Notes: a model not told the origin generated them from the letters alone. A stretch of DNA of 59,264 nucleotides from Actinomycetes bacterium (GCA_021824095.1 JAKALQ010000004.1:1-59264); one strand, 5' to 3'. Shown: positions 34,459 to 44,890, counted from the stretch's first letter. Translations and numbers: made by a program.

Positions 34459-34486
34459 TCGGGGATCGACCCTGAGATTCCCCTGA
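34459..34486. promoter_or_regulatory. Candidate response-regulator site (TCGGGG/CCCTGA half-sites)
   Basis: TCGGGGATCGACCCTGA inverted pair plus a second CCCTGA 11 bp later, between the divergent pspC and kinase genes. Confidence 0.45.
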
Positions 34487-34536
34487 TCTCCGTCCAGGAC
34501 GCGTGCACTCGGGCGTCGGACGAGGACAATGGCTGC

Positions 34537-35736
34537 GTGGATCGCACACGTGCCACTCGCCTCGTCGAGGGCAGGATGATCGCCGGCGTGTGCACGGGCC
34601 TCGCCGCACACCTGCACCTCGATGTGCGTTGGCTGCGGGTGGCCTTCATCGCGGCTGCGGTGCTGGCGAAGGGCACGGGCCTGCTGGCCTACCTCGCCTT
34701 CTGGGCCCTGCTGCCACTTGACCCCCACGAGGCATCCACGGCGCATCCGCGTACCCGCGGACTCGGTGCGCTGCTCGTCACGTCGGTCCTCGCGGTCGTG
34801 GGGATCGTCACGCTCACCGCACTCGGCTTCACGTCATGGCTCGGCACCCTGCTGCCGCTCATCCTCGGCTCCCTCGGCATCGCGCTCGTCTGGAGTCGTG
34901 CCGATGAGGTGCAGCGCATGCAGTGGCGTCGCGAGGCGGTGGGCCTCGCCCGCGATGCCGCCGGCGACGGCGGCCGTCGCGAGGCGTGGCCGCTGGTGCT
35001 CGGTGCCGGCGCCGTGCTCACCGCGATCGTCGGCATCGCCCTCACCCGCGTGGACGTCGGCACCATGCTGCAGGGCCTCGCCACCACGCTGCTGCTCATC
35101 GTCGGCCTGCTGCTCGTGGCCTTCCCCTGGCTCAACGCCCGGTGGCGGCGCGAGGTGGAACGTCGCGCGGCGAGGGCACGGGCGGACGAGCGTGCGGAGA
35201 TGGCAGCGCGCATCCACGATTCGGTGCTGCAGACGCTCACCCTCGTGCAGCGTCACGCGGACGATGCCCCCCAGGTGCAGCAGCTTGCGCGGGCCGAGGA
35301 ACGGGAGTTGCGGGCCTGGCTCTACGGCGAGCCTCGCGGTGCGGTTGCCTTCGCCCCGCTGCTCGAGCGCGCGGCGCACGAGGCGGAGGCGCGCTACGGC
35401 GTCACGGTGGATGTCATCACCGTTGGCGACGTGCCGGTGGATGCGCCCGTCGAGGCGCTCCTCGCGGCCGCCCAGGAGGCGATGGTGAACGCGGCCCGCC
35501 ACAGCGGTGCGCCCTCGGTGCAGGTGTATGCGGAGGTGGAGCCCGACACCGTCTCGGTGTTCGTGCGCGATCGAGGGCGCGGCTTCCGCATGGAGGATGT
35601 GCCAACCGATCGCGCCGGCGTGCGGGAGTCGATCGTCGGCCGCATGCAGCGGGCGGGCGGCTCGGCAACCGTGCGCTCCGCACCGGGTGCCGGCACTGAG
35701 GTGGCCCTGCTCCTGCCCCGCGGGCGCACCGCATGA
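34537..35736 (+). CDS. PspC-domain sensor histidine kinase
   Basis: N-terminal PspC motif; IHDSVLQTL H-box; NAARHS, DRGRGF, G.GT. Confidence 0.92.
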   Translation: MDRTRATRLVEGRMIAGVCTGLAAHLHLDVRWLRVAFIAAAVLAKGTGLLAYLAFWALLPLDPHEASTAHPRTRGLGALLVTSVLAVVGIVTLTALGFTSWLGTLLPLILGSLGIALVWSRADEVQRMQWRREAVGLARDAAGDGGRREAWPLVLGAGAVLTAIVGIALTRVDVGTMLQGLATTLLLIVGLLLVAFPWLNARWRREVERRAARARADERAEMAARIHDSVLQTLTLVQRHADDAPQVQQLARAEERELRAWLYGEPRGAVAFAPLLERAAHEAEARYGVTVDVITVGDVPVDAPVEALLAAAQEAMVNAARHSGAPSVQVYAEVEPDTVSVFVRDRGRGFRMEDVPTDRAGVRESIVGRMQRAGGSATVRSAPGAGTEVALLLPRGRTA

Positions 35737-36377
35737 AGGCGGCCGACGCCCTGCGCGTGGTCATCGTCGACGATCACGCCATGGTGCGCGCCGGCGTGCG
35801 CGCCGAGCTCGAGGGTGTGGTGGCGTCCGTGGCCGCGGCCGATGGTGTGGCTTCGGGGATCGCGCTGGTGCGGGCGCAGCAACCGGACGTGGTGCTGCTC
35901 GACGTCCACATGCCCGATGGCGGCGGGCTGGCGGTGCTGCGCGCCTGCCAGGACCAGCTCGGCAGCACGGCATTCCTTGCCCTCAGCGTGAGCGATGCGC
36001 CAGCGGACGTCATCGCGGCGGTGCGTGCCGGGGCGCGTGGCTACGTGACGAAGTCCATCGCCGGCCCCGACCTCGTCGATGCCGTTGCGCGTGTGGCCAA
36101 TGGCGATGCCGTCTTCTCACCCCGGCTTGCCGGCTTCGTGCTCGACGCGTTCATGGGTGAGGCCGCCGACGCGGATGAGGAACTCGACCGACTCACCCCG
36201 CGCGAACGTGAGGTCATGCGGCTGCTCGCCCGCGGGTACACCTACAAGGAGATCGCCGCCGAGCTCGTGCTCAGCGTGAAGACCATCGAGACGCATGCGT
36301 CGGCGGTGCTGCGCAAGCTGCAGCTGTCCAACCGGCGTGAGCTCACCCGCTGGGCCACGGCCCGGCGTCTCGCGTGA
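35733..36377 (+). CDS. LuxR/NarL-family response regulator
   Basis: VDDH, LLDVHMP, GY.TK, LTPREREV...KT...H HTH. Confidence 0.95.
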   Translation: MKAADALRVVIVDDHAMVRAGVRAELEGVVASVAAADGVASGIALVRAQQPDVVLLDVHMPDGGGLAVLRACQDQLGSTAFLALSVSDAPADVIAAVRAGARGYVTKSIAGPDLVDAVARVANGDAVFSPRLAGFVLDAFMGEAADADEELDRLTPREREVMRLLARGYTYKEIAAELVLSVKTIETHASAVLRKLQLSNRRELTRWATARRLA

Positions 36378-36443
36378 GCGCAGGGCGGCGCGCGCCCGCA
36401 ACTCGACCGTCGTCCACAGGGGTCCCACTGCTGGGGTGCATCC

Positions 36444-37502
36444 ATGGACGCGCACCTGGGCCTTGCGGACGCCCGCTTCGGGCCGCTGCAGCCGTTCCTC
36501 GACGATCCGACGGTCGAGGAACTGTGGATCAACGCGCCCGACCGCATCTTCGTCGCCCGGGACGGTCGCAGTGAGCTCACGTCGCTCGTGCTCACCGATG
36601 GGCAGGTGCGCGACCTCGTCGAGCGCATGCTGCGTGGCACCGGCCGTCGCCTCGACCTGAGCACGCCCTTCGTCGACGCCACGCTGCCGGACGGCAGCCG
36701 GCTGCACGCGGTGATCCCGGACATCGTGCCGCAGCACTGGAGCATCAACGTGCGCAAGTTCGTCGCCCGTGCCGGCACGGTGCAGGAGCTCGCGGCCGAG
36801 GGGCTGCTCACGCAGCAGGCCGCCGCGTTCCTCCACGCATCCGTCGTGAGCGGTCTCAACATCCTCGTGTCCGGGGGCACGGGCGCGGGCAAGACGACGA
36901 CGCTCGGCTGCCTGCTCGCATCGGTACCTGCGCATGAACGCATCGTCACCTGCGAGGAGGTGCTGGAGCTGCGCCTGCGCCACCCCGATTGGGTGCGCAT
37001 GCAGACGAGACCCGCGTCCCTCGAGGGCACCGGTGCGGTGCCGTTGCGTCGCCTGGTGAAGGCGTCGCTGCGCATGCGCCCTGATCGTCTCGTCATCGGC
37101 GAGGTGCGGCAGGCGGAGGCCCTCGACCTGCTCATCGCAATGAACAGCGGCCAACCTGCCCTCGCGACCCTGCATGCCAACAGTGCCGCCGAGGCGGTGA
37201 CGAAGCTGTGCACCCTGCCGCTGCTCGCGGGCGCCAACATCACGAGCGGCTTCGTGGTGCCGACGGTTGCTGCTGCCGTCGACCTCGTCGTGCACCTGCG
37301 TCCCACCCCCGACGGGCGCCGCCGGGTCGAGGAGATCACCGCCGTCACCGGGGAGTCGGACGGGCGGAGTGTTGCCACCGAGCCCGTGTTCGCGCGTCGC
37401 GCGGGACGCCTGGTGCGTGACGTGGGCCGGCCGCGACGCGAGGAGCGCTTCGCTGCCCATGGGTTCCGGCTGGACAGTCTGCTGCGATCGGGGGCGCGAT
37501 GA
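36444..37502 (+). CDS. tadA: TadA/CpaF pilus assembly ATPase
   Basis: GGTGAGKTT, EE..EL, LRMRPDRLVIGEVR, TLHANS. Confidence 0.92.
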   Translation: MDAHLGLADARFGPLQPFLDDPTVEELWINAPDRIFVARDGRSELTSLVLTDGQVRDLVERMLRGTGRRLDLSTPFVDATLPDGSRLHAVIPDIVPQHWSINVRKFVARAGTVQELAAEGLLTQQAAAFLHASVVSGLNILVSGGTGAGKTTTLGCLLASVPAHERIVTCEEVLELRLRHPDWVRMQTRPASLEGTGAVPLRRLVKASLRMRPDRLVIGEVRQAEALDLLIAMNSGQPALATLHANSAAEAVTKLCTLPLLAGANITSGFVVPTVAAAVDLVVHLRPTPDGRRRVEEITAVTGESDGRSVATEPVFARRAGRLVRDVGRPRREERFAAHGFRLDSLLRSGAR

Positions 37503-38293
37503 GCGTCGCCATCCCCATGGTCGCGCTTGTCGGAGCGCTGTTGCTGCTCGTCGGTGTGCGCGACCCTCGGCCAGCCCGACGCCGTCGCCGTGCCCATCGC
37601 GGGGACCCCGCCTGGGCGGTCGCGGCCGCGTTGGCCGCCGCGTCGCTCACGCTGCTCATCACGACGGTGCCGGTGGCCGCGCTGCTGGCCGCCGTGATTG
37701 CCGCACGGGTGCCGGCCATGGTGCGCCATCGGCGCGCGCAGCACGCGCACTGGCAACGCGCGCTCGCTTGGCCCGCGGTGCTCGACGACGTCACGAGTGC
37801 GGTGCGCGCGGGCATGGACCTGCCCGAGGCGCTGCTGCATGCCGGGCGTCACGCGCCCGCGGACATGCGTCCGATCTTCGATGCCTTCGCGGTGCGCTAT
37901 GCGCGCGGCGCTGACTTCGTGGGCTCGCTCGACGAGCTGCGTCGGTGTGCCGGCGACCCGATCGTCGATGATGCGACGCGCGCACTCGCCATCGCCCGCA
38001 CCGTCGGAGGCGGTGACCTCACCCAGGTGCTGCGGTCACTCGCCACCTACCTGCGCCTGGACCTGCAGGTGCGTGGCGAGGTGCGTGCGCGGCAGTCCTG
38101 GGCAGTGAACTCGGCCCGCATGGCGGTGGCGGCACCGTGGGTGGTGCTCACCCTGCTCGCCAGCCGACCCAGCACCATGGCGGCCTTCCGCACCGGGACG
38201 GGCATGGCGGTGCTCATCGGGGTGGCGGTGTCGTCTGCTCTCGCCTACGCGGTGATGCTGCGCATCGCCCGACTCGAGGAGGTGCCGGCATGA
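37499..38293 (+). CDS. tadB: TadB-like (T2SS F family) membrane protein
   Basis: WP...D...SAVRAG..LPEAL, GG.L..VLR, ARQSW. Confidence 0.8.
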   Translation: MSVAIPMVALVGALLLLVGVRDPRPARRRRRAHRGDPAWAVAAALAAASLTLLITTVPVAALLAAVIAARVPAMVRHRRAQHAHWQRALAWPAVLDDVTSAVRAGMDLPEALLHAGRHAPADMRPIFDAFAVRYARGADFVGSLDELRRCAGDPIVDDATRALAIARTVGGGDLTQVLRSLATYLRLDLQVRGEVRARQSWAVNSARMAVAAPWVVLTLLASRPSTMAAFRTGTGMAVLIGVAVSSALAYAVMLRIARLEEVPA

Positions 38294-39156
38294 ACGGCCT
38301 TGGCGCGCTGCTCGGCCTCGCGATCGGCACGGGTGCCCACCTCGTCATCACCGCCCCGACCCCATGGGTGGGTCGGCGGGTACGGCTGCGTATCGCCGCA
38401 CATCGGGCGCCCAGCGCAGCGCGGGGGAGTTGGCTGCCGCGACTGGCTGGGGCCGCGCGAATGCGGGGCATCGCCACGCGCCAAGTGCGGGCGGGGCTCG
38501 CGGCCGATCCCACGGCGCACCTGCTGCAGTGCCTGCTCGCCGCCAGCGTGGGCCTGGCGACGGGGCTGCTCGTCGTCGCGGCCATGACGGTGGCCGGCCT
38601 GGTGCACCAGCCGGCAGCGGTCGTCGTGCTCCTAGCCGTGTGCACCCTTGCGGGGTGGTTGCTGGCCGAGCAACGGCTGGATCGCGCGGGTCGTCGTCGG
38701 CTGGCGGAGGCGACGGTGGAGTTGCCCGGGATCGCCAGCACCCTCGCCATCGCAGTGGCATCCGGCGCCGGCCTCGCACACGGCCTGGAGTTGGCGTCGA
38801 CGGGCGGGGACGGGCCGCTCGCGGGTGAGTTCACGCGCGTCCTGCAGGACACCGCGTCCGGCATGCCCCTCGACGCGGCGCTGGCCGCGGTTGCCGAACG
38901 TGTGCCCGTGGCGCCCGTCGCGCGCTTCGTCGACGCCCTGCGCATCACCGTCGAGCGGGGCACCCCGATCCGCGAGGTGCTGCATGCGCAGGCGAGCGAC
39001 GCCCGGGCGGAGGCGAGGCGCCTGCTGCTCGAGCGAGCCGGTCGCAAGGAGGCGCTCATGCTCGTGCCCATCGTGCTGCTCGTGCTGCCGGCCGTCGTGG
39101 TCGTCGCCCTGTTCCCGGGCCTCGCCGAGCTCGGCTCCCTCGCCAACCCCGGCTGA
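38290..39156 (+). CDS. tadC: TadC-like (T2SS F family) membrane protein
   Basis: ELP, ERGTP...VLHAQA.D.R, AG.KE..ML.P. Confidence 0.8.
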   Translation: MNGLGALLGLAIGTGAHLVITAPTPWVGRRVRLRIAAHRAPSAARGSWLPRLAGAARMRGIATRQVRAGLAADPTAHLLQCLLAASVGLATGLLVVAAMTVAGLVHQPAAVVVLLAVCTLAGWLLAEQRLDRAGRRRLAEATVELPGIASTLAIAVASGAGLAHGLELASTGGDGPLAGEFTRVLQDTASGMPLDAALAAVAERVPVAPVARFVDALRITVERGTPIREVLHAQASDARAEARRLLLERAGRKEALMLVPIVLLVLPAVVVVALFPGLAELGSLANPG

Positions 39157-39223
39157 CCGCCCGCCTGCGCTGCGCCCGTACCCCGCTCGTCGCCCGTCCA
39201 ACCCCGAGGAAAGGAAGCCCCCC

Positions 39224-39400
39224 ATGTCCCGACCACTCCAGACCTTCGCCCGGCGCCTGCGCTCCGACCGAGGGGACGTGCCCGGATGGGTGCTCGTCAC
39301 GGTGATGACCGCTGGGCTTGTCACCGCCATCTGGCTCATCGCTGACGGCCAACTCACCGCGATCCTCAACCGTGCGCTCGTCTCCGTCTCGTCGGTGTGA
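39224..39400 (+). CDS. Flp-like major pilin (actinobacterial DVPGWV type)
   Basis: DRG/DVPGWVLVTVMTAGLV; AAAGGA RBS. Confidence 0.8.
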   Translation: MSRPLQTFARRLRSDRGDVPGWVLVTVMTAGLVTAIWLIADGQLTAILNRALVSVSSV

Positions 39401-39449
39401 CGCCGTCGCGGGTCGCCGTTGCCCCGCGGGCTCCGCGCCCGCGGGCTTC

Positions 39450-39776
39450 GTGCTGGTGGCGCCGCTGGTGCTGCTGCTCGTGCTCGCCCTGCTCGAACTC
39501 GTGCTCACGCTGCACGCGCACGCCGTGGTGGCGGGTGCAGCGGAGGAGGCGGTGCGGGTGGCGGTGGCAGGTGGTGGTGACACAGCGGCGGGGGAGGCGC
39601 GCCTGCGCAGCCTCGTCGCGGATGGCCTGCGACCCGACGCCATCACGAGCGTGCGCTGGGCCCGCACCCTCAACACGCTCACGCTGCGCGTCGGGGCCAC
39701 GGTGCCGGTGCTCGGTCCGCTTGTGAACACCGGCATGGTGGCCACCGCGTCCGCCTACGCGGGGGTGGTGCCGTGA
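39450..39776 (+). CDS. TadE-like minor pilin (5' end uncertain, possible frameshift)
   Basis: FVLV.PL.L...Q/E.....H......AA.E..R.A pattern. Confidence 0.65.
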   Translation: MLVAPLVLLLVLALLELVLTLHAHAVVAGAAEEAVRVAVAGGGDTAAGEARLRSLVADGLRPDAITSVRWARTLNTLTLRVGATVPVLGPLVNTGMVATASAYAGVVP

Positions 39777-40216
39777 TGTGGAGGTGGCGCGCGACCATCG
39801 GCCCGGTGGCCACGGGTGCACGCGAGGCCGGCAATGCCGTGGTCGAGTATGTGGCGATCGTCGTCGGCCTGCTCGTGCCGCTCACCATCGGCGTTGTGGC
39901 GCTGGCCCAGCTCGAGAGCGCGGTGGTGGGGGTGCACGGAGCCGTGCAGATGGCATCCCGCGCCTACCTCGCGGCGAGCTCGGACGCGGTGGGGCGCTTC
40001 GCCGCAGTGCGTTCGGCGGCCATCGCCGGACGCAACCACGGGCTGCTCATTGACGACACCGCGGTGCGCATCAGCTGCCCGTCAGCCGACTGCCACGCGC
40101 CGGGCACGACCGTCACCGTGGCGGTCGAGGTGCCGGTGCACGTGGGTGCCGGCGCGCTCGTGCGCGCCGTGCCCGTGCGGGCGGCTCGCACCATCGTCAT
40201 CGGCGGCGCGGCATGA
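39773..40216 (+). CDS. TadE/F-like minor pilin
   Basis: EAG/NAVVEY prepilin site, TM, C...C..PG motif. Confidence 0.75.
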   Translation: MMWRWRATIGPVATGAREAGNAVVEYVAIVVGLLVPLTIGVVALAQLESAVVGVHGAVQMASRAYLAASSDAVGRFAAVRSAAIAGRNHGLLIDDTAVRISCPSADCHAPGTTVTVAVEVPVHVGAGALVRAVPVRAARTIVIGGAA

Positions 40217-40611
40217 GGCGCGTGTGGTGGCGACGCGAGGACGGCACGGTGCTCATCCTCGCCATCGGGAGCACATTGCTCGTCCTCGCCACCGTGCTCG
40301 CCCTGGCGGACGCGTCGTCCCTGCGCATGCGTCGCACGCTGCTCGCCATGGTGGCCGACGATGCCGCGATGGCCGCGGCCCGCGCGGGCGGGGACCCGGA
40401 GCGTGCCGAGGCGCAGGCGATGCTGGCGGTGGCGGCGGATGCGGACACCCGGCTCACGGATGTGCGCGTCGATGCCGTGGCGGTGGGACCCGACGGCGTG
40501 CATGTGGTGCTGTCGGCCGCTCTGCCACCGCCCATCGGGGCCGTCCTCGTGCCTGCGGGGGTGCGTCTGCGTGCGGCTGCCGATGCCCGTCCGCCCGTTG
40601 CGGCGCCCTGA
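40213..40611 (+). CDS. TadG-like minor pilin
   Basis: EDG/TVL TM, D.......R..L...AD.AA.AA. Confidence 0.7.
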   Translation: MRRVWWRREDGTVLILAIGSTLLVLATVLALADASSLRMRRTLLAMVADDAAMAAARAGGDPERAEAQAMLAVAADADTRLTDVRVDAVAVGPDGVHVVLSAALPPPIGAVLVPAGVRLRAAADARPPVAAP

Positions 40612-40641
40612 CCCCAACGCCGTCCGCCCGGTGCGGCCTCG

Positions 40642-40707
40642 CCCCGTGATCTGTTGTTTCGGGCCCGAATTCCGCCAGGAATGGGCCCAAAACAACAGAT
40701 CACGGGG
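40642..40707. repeat. Palindrome family B copy 1
   Basis: CCCCGTGATCTGTTGTTTCGGGCCC/GGGCCCAAAACAACAGATCACGGGG, 16-nt spacer. Confidence 0.95.
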
Positions 40708-40777
40708 AGGCGGGGATGCAGGTCACGGGGCTTGTGGCGCGGGGGCTCGCCCTGGCTGCCAACTAGACTGGCCCATC

Positions 40778-41881
40778 ATGGCTGATGTGCGCGAAACCTG
40801 GACCGAGGTCGACGCGACCCTCACGAGCATCGAGAAGGTCCTCGACGTCGATCGGATGGCGCGTGAGATCGCCGAGCTTGAGGAGCAGGCCGCCGCTCCC
40901 GACCTCTGGAACGACCAGGCCAACGCCCAGCGCGTCACCTCGCGCCTCTCGGCGGTACAGGCCGAGCGCAATCGTGTGGTGTCGCTCCGCCGCCGCGTGG
41001 ACGACGTGCCCGTGCTGCTCGAACTCGCGGAGGCCGAGCAGGACGCCGACGTCATGGCCGAGGCCGAGCGTGAGATCAACGCACTCCACGCGTCCGTCTC
41101 CGAACTCGAGGTGCGCACCCTGCTCTCCGGCGAGTACGACGCGCGCGAGGCTCTCGTCACCATCCGTTCCGAGGCCGGTGGCGTGGACGCCGCCGACTGG
41201 GCCGAGATGCTGCTGCGCATGTACCTCCGCTATTGCGAGCGGCACGGCTGGGGCACCGAGGTGTACGACATCTCGTACGCCGAGGAGGCGGGCATCAAGT
41301 CGGCCACCTTCGCCGTGCATGCCCCCTACGCGTACGGCACGCTCAGCGTCGAGCAGGGCACGCACCGGCTCGTGCGCATCTCGCCGTTCGACAACCAGGG
41401 CCGGCGTCAGACGTCGTTCGCCGGCGTCGAGGTCATCCCGGTGCTGGAGCAGACGGAGTCCGTCGAGATCCCCGAGGACGAGATCCGCGTCGACGTCTAC
41501 CGCTCGTCCGGCCCCGGCGGCCAGGGCGTGAACACCACGGACTCCGCCGTCCGCCTCACCCACCTGCCGACCGGCATCGTCGTGTCGTGTCAGAACGAGC
41601 GCTCGCAGATCCAGAACCGCGCCACCGCCATGGTCGTGCTCCAGGCCAAGCTGCTTGAGCGCCGCCGTCAGGAGGAGCAGGCCAGGCTCGACGCCCTCAA
41701 GGGCGACTCCAGCGGCTCGTGGGGCAACCAGATGCGCTCCTACGTGCTGCACCCGTACCAGATGGTGAAGGACCTGCGCACCGACTTCGAGACGGGCAAC
41801 ACCTCGGCCGTGCTCGATGGCGACATCGACGGCTTCATCGAGGCGGCCATCCGTTGGCGCAAGCAGGGCCAGACCGCCTGA
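40778..41881 (+). CDS. prfB: Peptide chain release factor 2 (no programmed frameshift)
   Basis: SPF tripeptide, [12 protein letters not shown]; single open frame. Confidence 0.98.
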   Translation: MADVRETWTEVDATLTSIEKVLDVDRMAREIAELEEQAAAPDLWNDQANAQRVTSRLSAVQAERNRVVSLRRRVDDVPVLLELAEAEQDADVMAEAEREINALHASVSELEVRTLLSGEYDAREALVTIRSEAGGVDAADWAEMLLRMYLRYCERHGWGTEVYDISYAEEAGIKSATFAVHAPYAYGTLSVEQGTHRLVRISPFDNQGRRQTSFAGVEVIPVLEQTESVEIPEDEIRVDVYRSSGPGGQGVNTTDSAVRLTHLPTGIVVSCQNERSQIQNRATAMVVLQAKLLERRRQEEQARLDALKGDSSGSWGNQMRSYVLHPYQMVKDLRTDFETGNTSAVLDGDIDGFIEAAIRWRKQGQTA

Positions 41882-42004
41882 CCTCGAGTCAGGGGATCGT
41901 GAGGATCCGGCCAAGGTGACCCCGTCGGGCGTGCCGTGGCCAGCCTCGGGCGGGTGCTTCCGTAGACTCACCGCGTCGACTTCCCCGCACGAAAGACCAG
42001 GCGC

Positions 42005-42694
42005 GTGATCCGATTCGAGAACGTCACCAAGGTGCACAAGGGCCAGCAGCGCCCAGCGCTCCGTGACATCTCCGTCGACATCGAGAAGGGCGAGTTCGTC
42101 TTCCTCGTGGGTGCCTCGGGCTCCGGCAAGTCGACCTTCCTGCGCCTGTGCCTGCGTGAGGAGCGCCCCACGTCGGGCGTCATCTACGTGGCGGGCAAGG
42201 ACCTCACGAAGCTCGCCGGTTGGAAGGTGCCCGCGCTCCGGCGCCAGATCGGCACGGTCTTCCAGGACTTCCGCCTGCTGCCGAACCGCACGGTCGCCGG
42301 CAATGTCGCCTTCGCCCTCGAGGTCATCGGCAAGTCATCGGCCGAGATCGCGGGTGTCGTGCCCAACGTCCTCGAGCTCGTGGGGCTCGAGGGCAAGGAG
42401 GACCGCTACCCCGACCAGCTGTCCGGCGGTGAGCAGCAGCGTGTCGCGATCGCGCGGGCCTTCGTCAACCGGCCGCAGATCCTGTTGGCCGACGAGCCCA
42501 CCGGCAACCTCGATCCCGAGACCTCCATCGGCATCATGAAGCTGCTCGACCGCATCAACCGCATCGGCACCACGGTCGTCATGGCCACGCACGACGCCGC
42601 CATCGTCGACCAGATGCGCAAGCGCGTCATCGAGTTGGAGTCCGGGCGCCTGGTGCGCGATCAGTCGCGCGGTGTGTACGGGAGCGCCGTCTGA
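42005..42694 (+). CDS. ftsE: Cell division ATP-binding protein FtsE
   Basis: [33 protein letters not shown]. Confidence 0.97.
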   Translation: MIRFENVTKVHKGQQRPALRDISVDIEKGEFVFLVGASGSGKSTFLRLCLREERPTSGVIYVAGKDLTKLAGWKVPALRRQIGTVFQDFRLLPNRTVAGNVAFALEVIGKSSAEIAGVVPNVLELVGLEGKEDRYPDQLSGGEQQRVAIARAFVNRPQILLADEPTGNLDPETSIGIMKLLDRINRIGTTVVMATHDAAIVDQMRKRVIELESGRLVRDQSRGVYGSAV

Positions 42695-43602
42695 TGCGTT
42701 TGTCGTTCATCCTCTCCGAGGTGCGCAACGGCCTGCGCCGCAACCTCAACATGACGCTCGCCGTCGTCATCACCGTGGGTGTGTCGCTGTCGCTCTTCGG
42801 CGCCGCGCTGCTCGTGCGGGCACAGGTCTCGCAGATGAAGGACTACTGGTACGACCGGGTCGAGGTGTCGATCTTCCTGTGCGGGCCGGTGAGTGAGGCC
42901 CCGTCCTGCAGCGGCGGCGCCGTCACCGATGTGCAGAAGCAGCAGATCCTCGCCGACCTCAACTCGCTGAAGCCGTTGGTGCAGAAGGTCTACTACGAAT
43001 CCAAGGCGCAGGCACTGCAGCGCTTCCAGCAGCAGTTCAAGGGCTCGCCGCTGGCGCAGAATGCCACCGTCGACCAGATGCCCGAGTCATATCGGGTGAA
43101 GCTGTCGGATCCCACGAAGTTCGCCGTCATCGCGTCCGCATTCGCCGGACGTCCAGGCATCGAGGACGTGCAGGACCAGCGGCAGGCGCTCGACCGGCTC
43201 TTCCGGGCCCTCGGTGGTCTGCAGGCGCTGGCGCTCGCCATCGCCTTCGCCATGCTGCTCGTCACTGTGCTCCTCATCGCGAACACCATGCGCGTCGCGT
43301 CCTTCTCGCGACGTCGTGAGACGTCCATCATGCGGCTCGTCGGCGCGTCCAACGCAGCCATCCGCATGCCGTTCGTGCTCGAGGCGGCGGTGGCTGCCTT
43401 CGCCGGTGGCGTGGTGGCCGCCCTCGGGCTGGTGGCCGTCAAGGCCTTCCTCATCGACCGCACCCTCGCATCGACCTTCCAGTTCACCACCTTCATCGGG
43501 TGGGACGTCATCCTGTGGACCATCCTCGAGGTGGTGCTCACGGGCGTCGCACTCGCCGTCGTGGCAGCGTCGGTGACGCTGCGCCGGTACCTGCGGGTGT
43601 GA
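42694..43602 (+). CDS. ftsX: Cell division permease FtsX
   Basis: GLRRN..MT, RRRE..IMRLVGA....I..PF.LE. Confidence 0.95.
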   Translation: MRLSFILSEVRNGLRRNLNMTLAVVITVGVSLSLFGAALLVRAQVSQMKDYWYDRVEVSIFLCGPVSEAPSCSGGAVTDVQKQQILADLNSLKPLVQKVYYESKAQALQRFQQQFKGSPLAQNATVDQMPESYRVKLSDPTKFAVIASAFAGRPGIEDVQDQRQALDRLFRALGGLQALALAIAFAMLLVTVLLIANTMRVASFSRRRETSIMRLVGASNAAIRMPFVLEAAVAAFAGGVVAALGLVAVKAFLIDRTLASTFQFTTFIGWDVILWTILEVVLTGVALAVVAASVTLRRYLRV

Positions 43603-44831
43603 CCGTGCGGGTGCGCTCCGTCCTCGCAGCTGCCCTGGTGGTCGTCCTCGCGATGCCCTGGCAGACGGCCTCGGCCGCCAACCGCACCGCGAACGCGAAC
43701 TCGTTGAACAACCAGATCCAGGCCGCCGGCGAGGATGTTGCTGCCGCGAACGCCACGGTGAAGAAGGCGCTGGCCGACTATTACGCGGCGCAGTCGGCGC
43801 TCGCGCATGCGCAGTCCGTGATGACGGCGGCCAATCAGGCCGCGTCGGCCGCCCAGACGGCCGACGCTCGCGCTGGCGCGGAACTGGCGTCGGCGCAGGC
43901 GCGTACCGATGCGGCGGCCCGCAAGCTGTCGCTCACGCAGTCCAAGCTCGACGGTGAGCATCGGCTCGTCACCGAGCTCATCCAGCAGGTGTACCGCAGT
44001 GGGCCGCTGTCGCAGCTCGATGCCCTCCTGAGTGCGACCTCACCGCAGGACCTCACCGAGCGCCTGCAGATCATCCAGTCATGGACGCGCAGCAAGGCCG
44101 CCACCATCAGCAACCTCACGGTCGTGAAGGCGCAGGTGACGCAGCAGAAGGCGCAGTTGCAGCAGTTGGAGGCGCAACTGCAGCAGAAGAAGGACGCCGT
44201 GCATGCGTCGGCGATCGCGGCCAAGGACACCGCCCGCAAGGCGGCTGACGCGAAGGCGGCGTACGACGCGGCGGCCAAGACGCAGGCGGCGGCACTCAAG
44301 GTGGCACAGTCGCATCGTGCCGAGGTGAAGAAGCGCTACGACGAGCTCAAGGCCGAGCAGGCGAGGTTGGAGGCGCAGGCGCGGCAGGGCTCGAAGCTCG
44401 GGTCGGGCCTCACCTTCACCGGTGAGCTGCTGTGGCCCACGACCACGCGCGTCATCACGCAGGGGCCGGGCCCGCGCATCCACCCGGTGTACGGCTACAA
44501 GTCGTGTCACACAGGCATCGACATCGGCGCCGGGTATGGGCAGCCCATCTATGCGGCGGCCGATGGCATCGTCGTGTCCGTCATCAACGGCGGACCCGAC
44601 GGCCTGCACACGCTGCTCGCGCATGGCAGCGGCCTCACCACGCTGTACGCGCACCAGAGCGTTGCGCTCGTGAAGGCGGGCGAGCACGTGAAGCGCGGGC
44701 AGGTCATCGGGCGCGTCGGTGCCACGGGCTGGGCCACCGGGCCGCACCTGCACTTCGAGGTGCGCATCGACGGCACCGCCTACGACCCGCGTGGATGGTT
44801 CGGCATGCCCAAGGTGCCAATCCGCTGCTGA
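43599..44831 (+). CDS. Coiled-coil M23 peptidoglycan endopeptidase
   Basis: Signal peptide, long coiled coil, HTGID and HLH zinc motifs. Confidence 0.93.
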   Translation: MTVRVRSVLAAALVVVLAMPWQTASAANRTANANSLNNQIQAAGEDVAAANATVKKALADYYAAQSALAHAQSVMTAANQAASAAQTADARAGAELASAQARTDAAARKLSLTQSKLDGEHRLVTELIQQVYRSGPLSQLDALLSATSPQDLTERLQIIQSWTRSKAATISNLTVVKAQVTQQKAQLQQLEAQLQQKKDAVHASAIAAKDTARKAADAKAAYDAAAKTQAAALKVAQSHRAEVKKRYDELKAEQARLEAQARQGSKLGSGLTFTGELLWPTTTRVITQGPGPRIHPVYGYKSCHTGIDIGAGYGQPIYAAADGIVVSVINGGPDGLHTLLAHGSGLTTLYAHQSVALVKAGEHVKRGQVIGRVGATGWATGPHLHFEVRIDGTAYDPRGWFGMPKVPIRC

Positions 44832-44890
44832 CGAGCCCCCGTCACGCGCCCGAGTGCCAGTGCCCGCGTCACGTGTGGCTGCCCCTCTTG

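Noticed and set aside
40778-40900. Programmed +1 frameshift in prfB
   Set aside because: ORF is continuous with no CTTTGA site; normal for Actinomycetota
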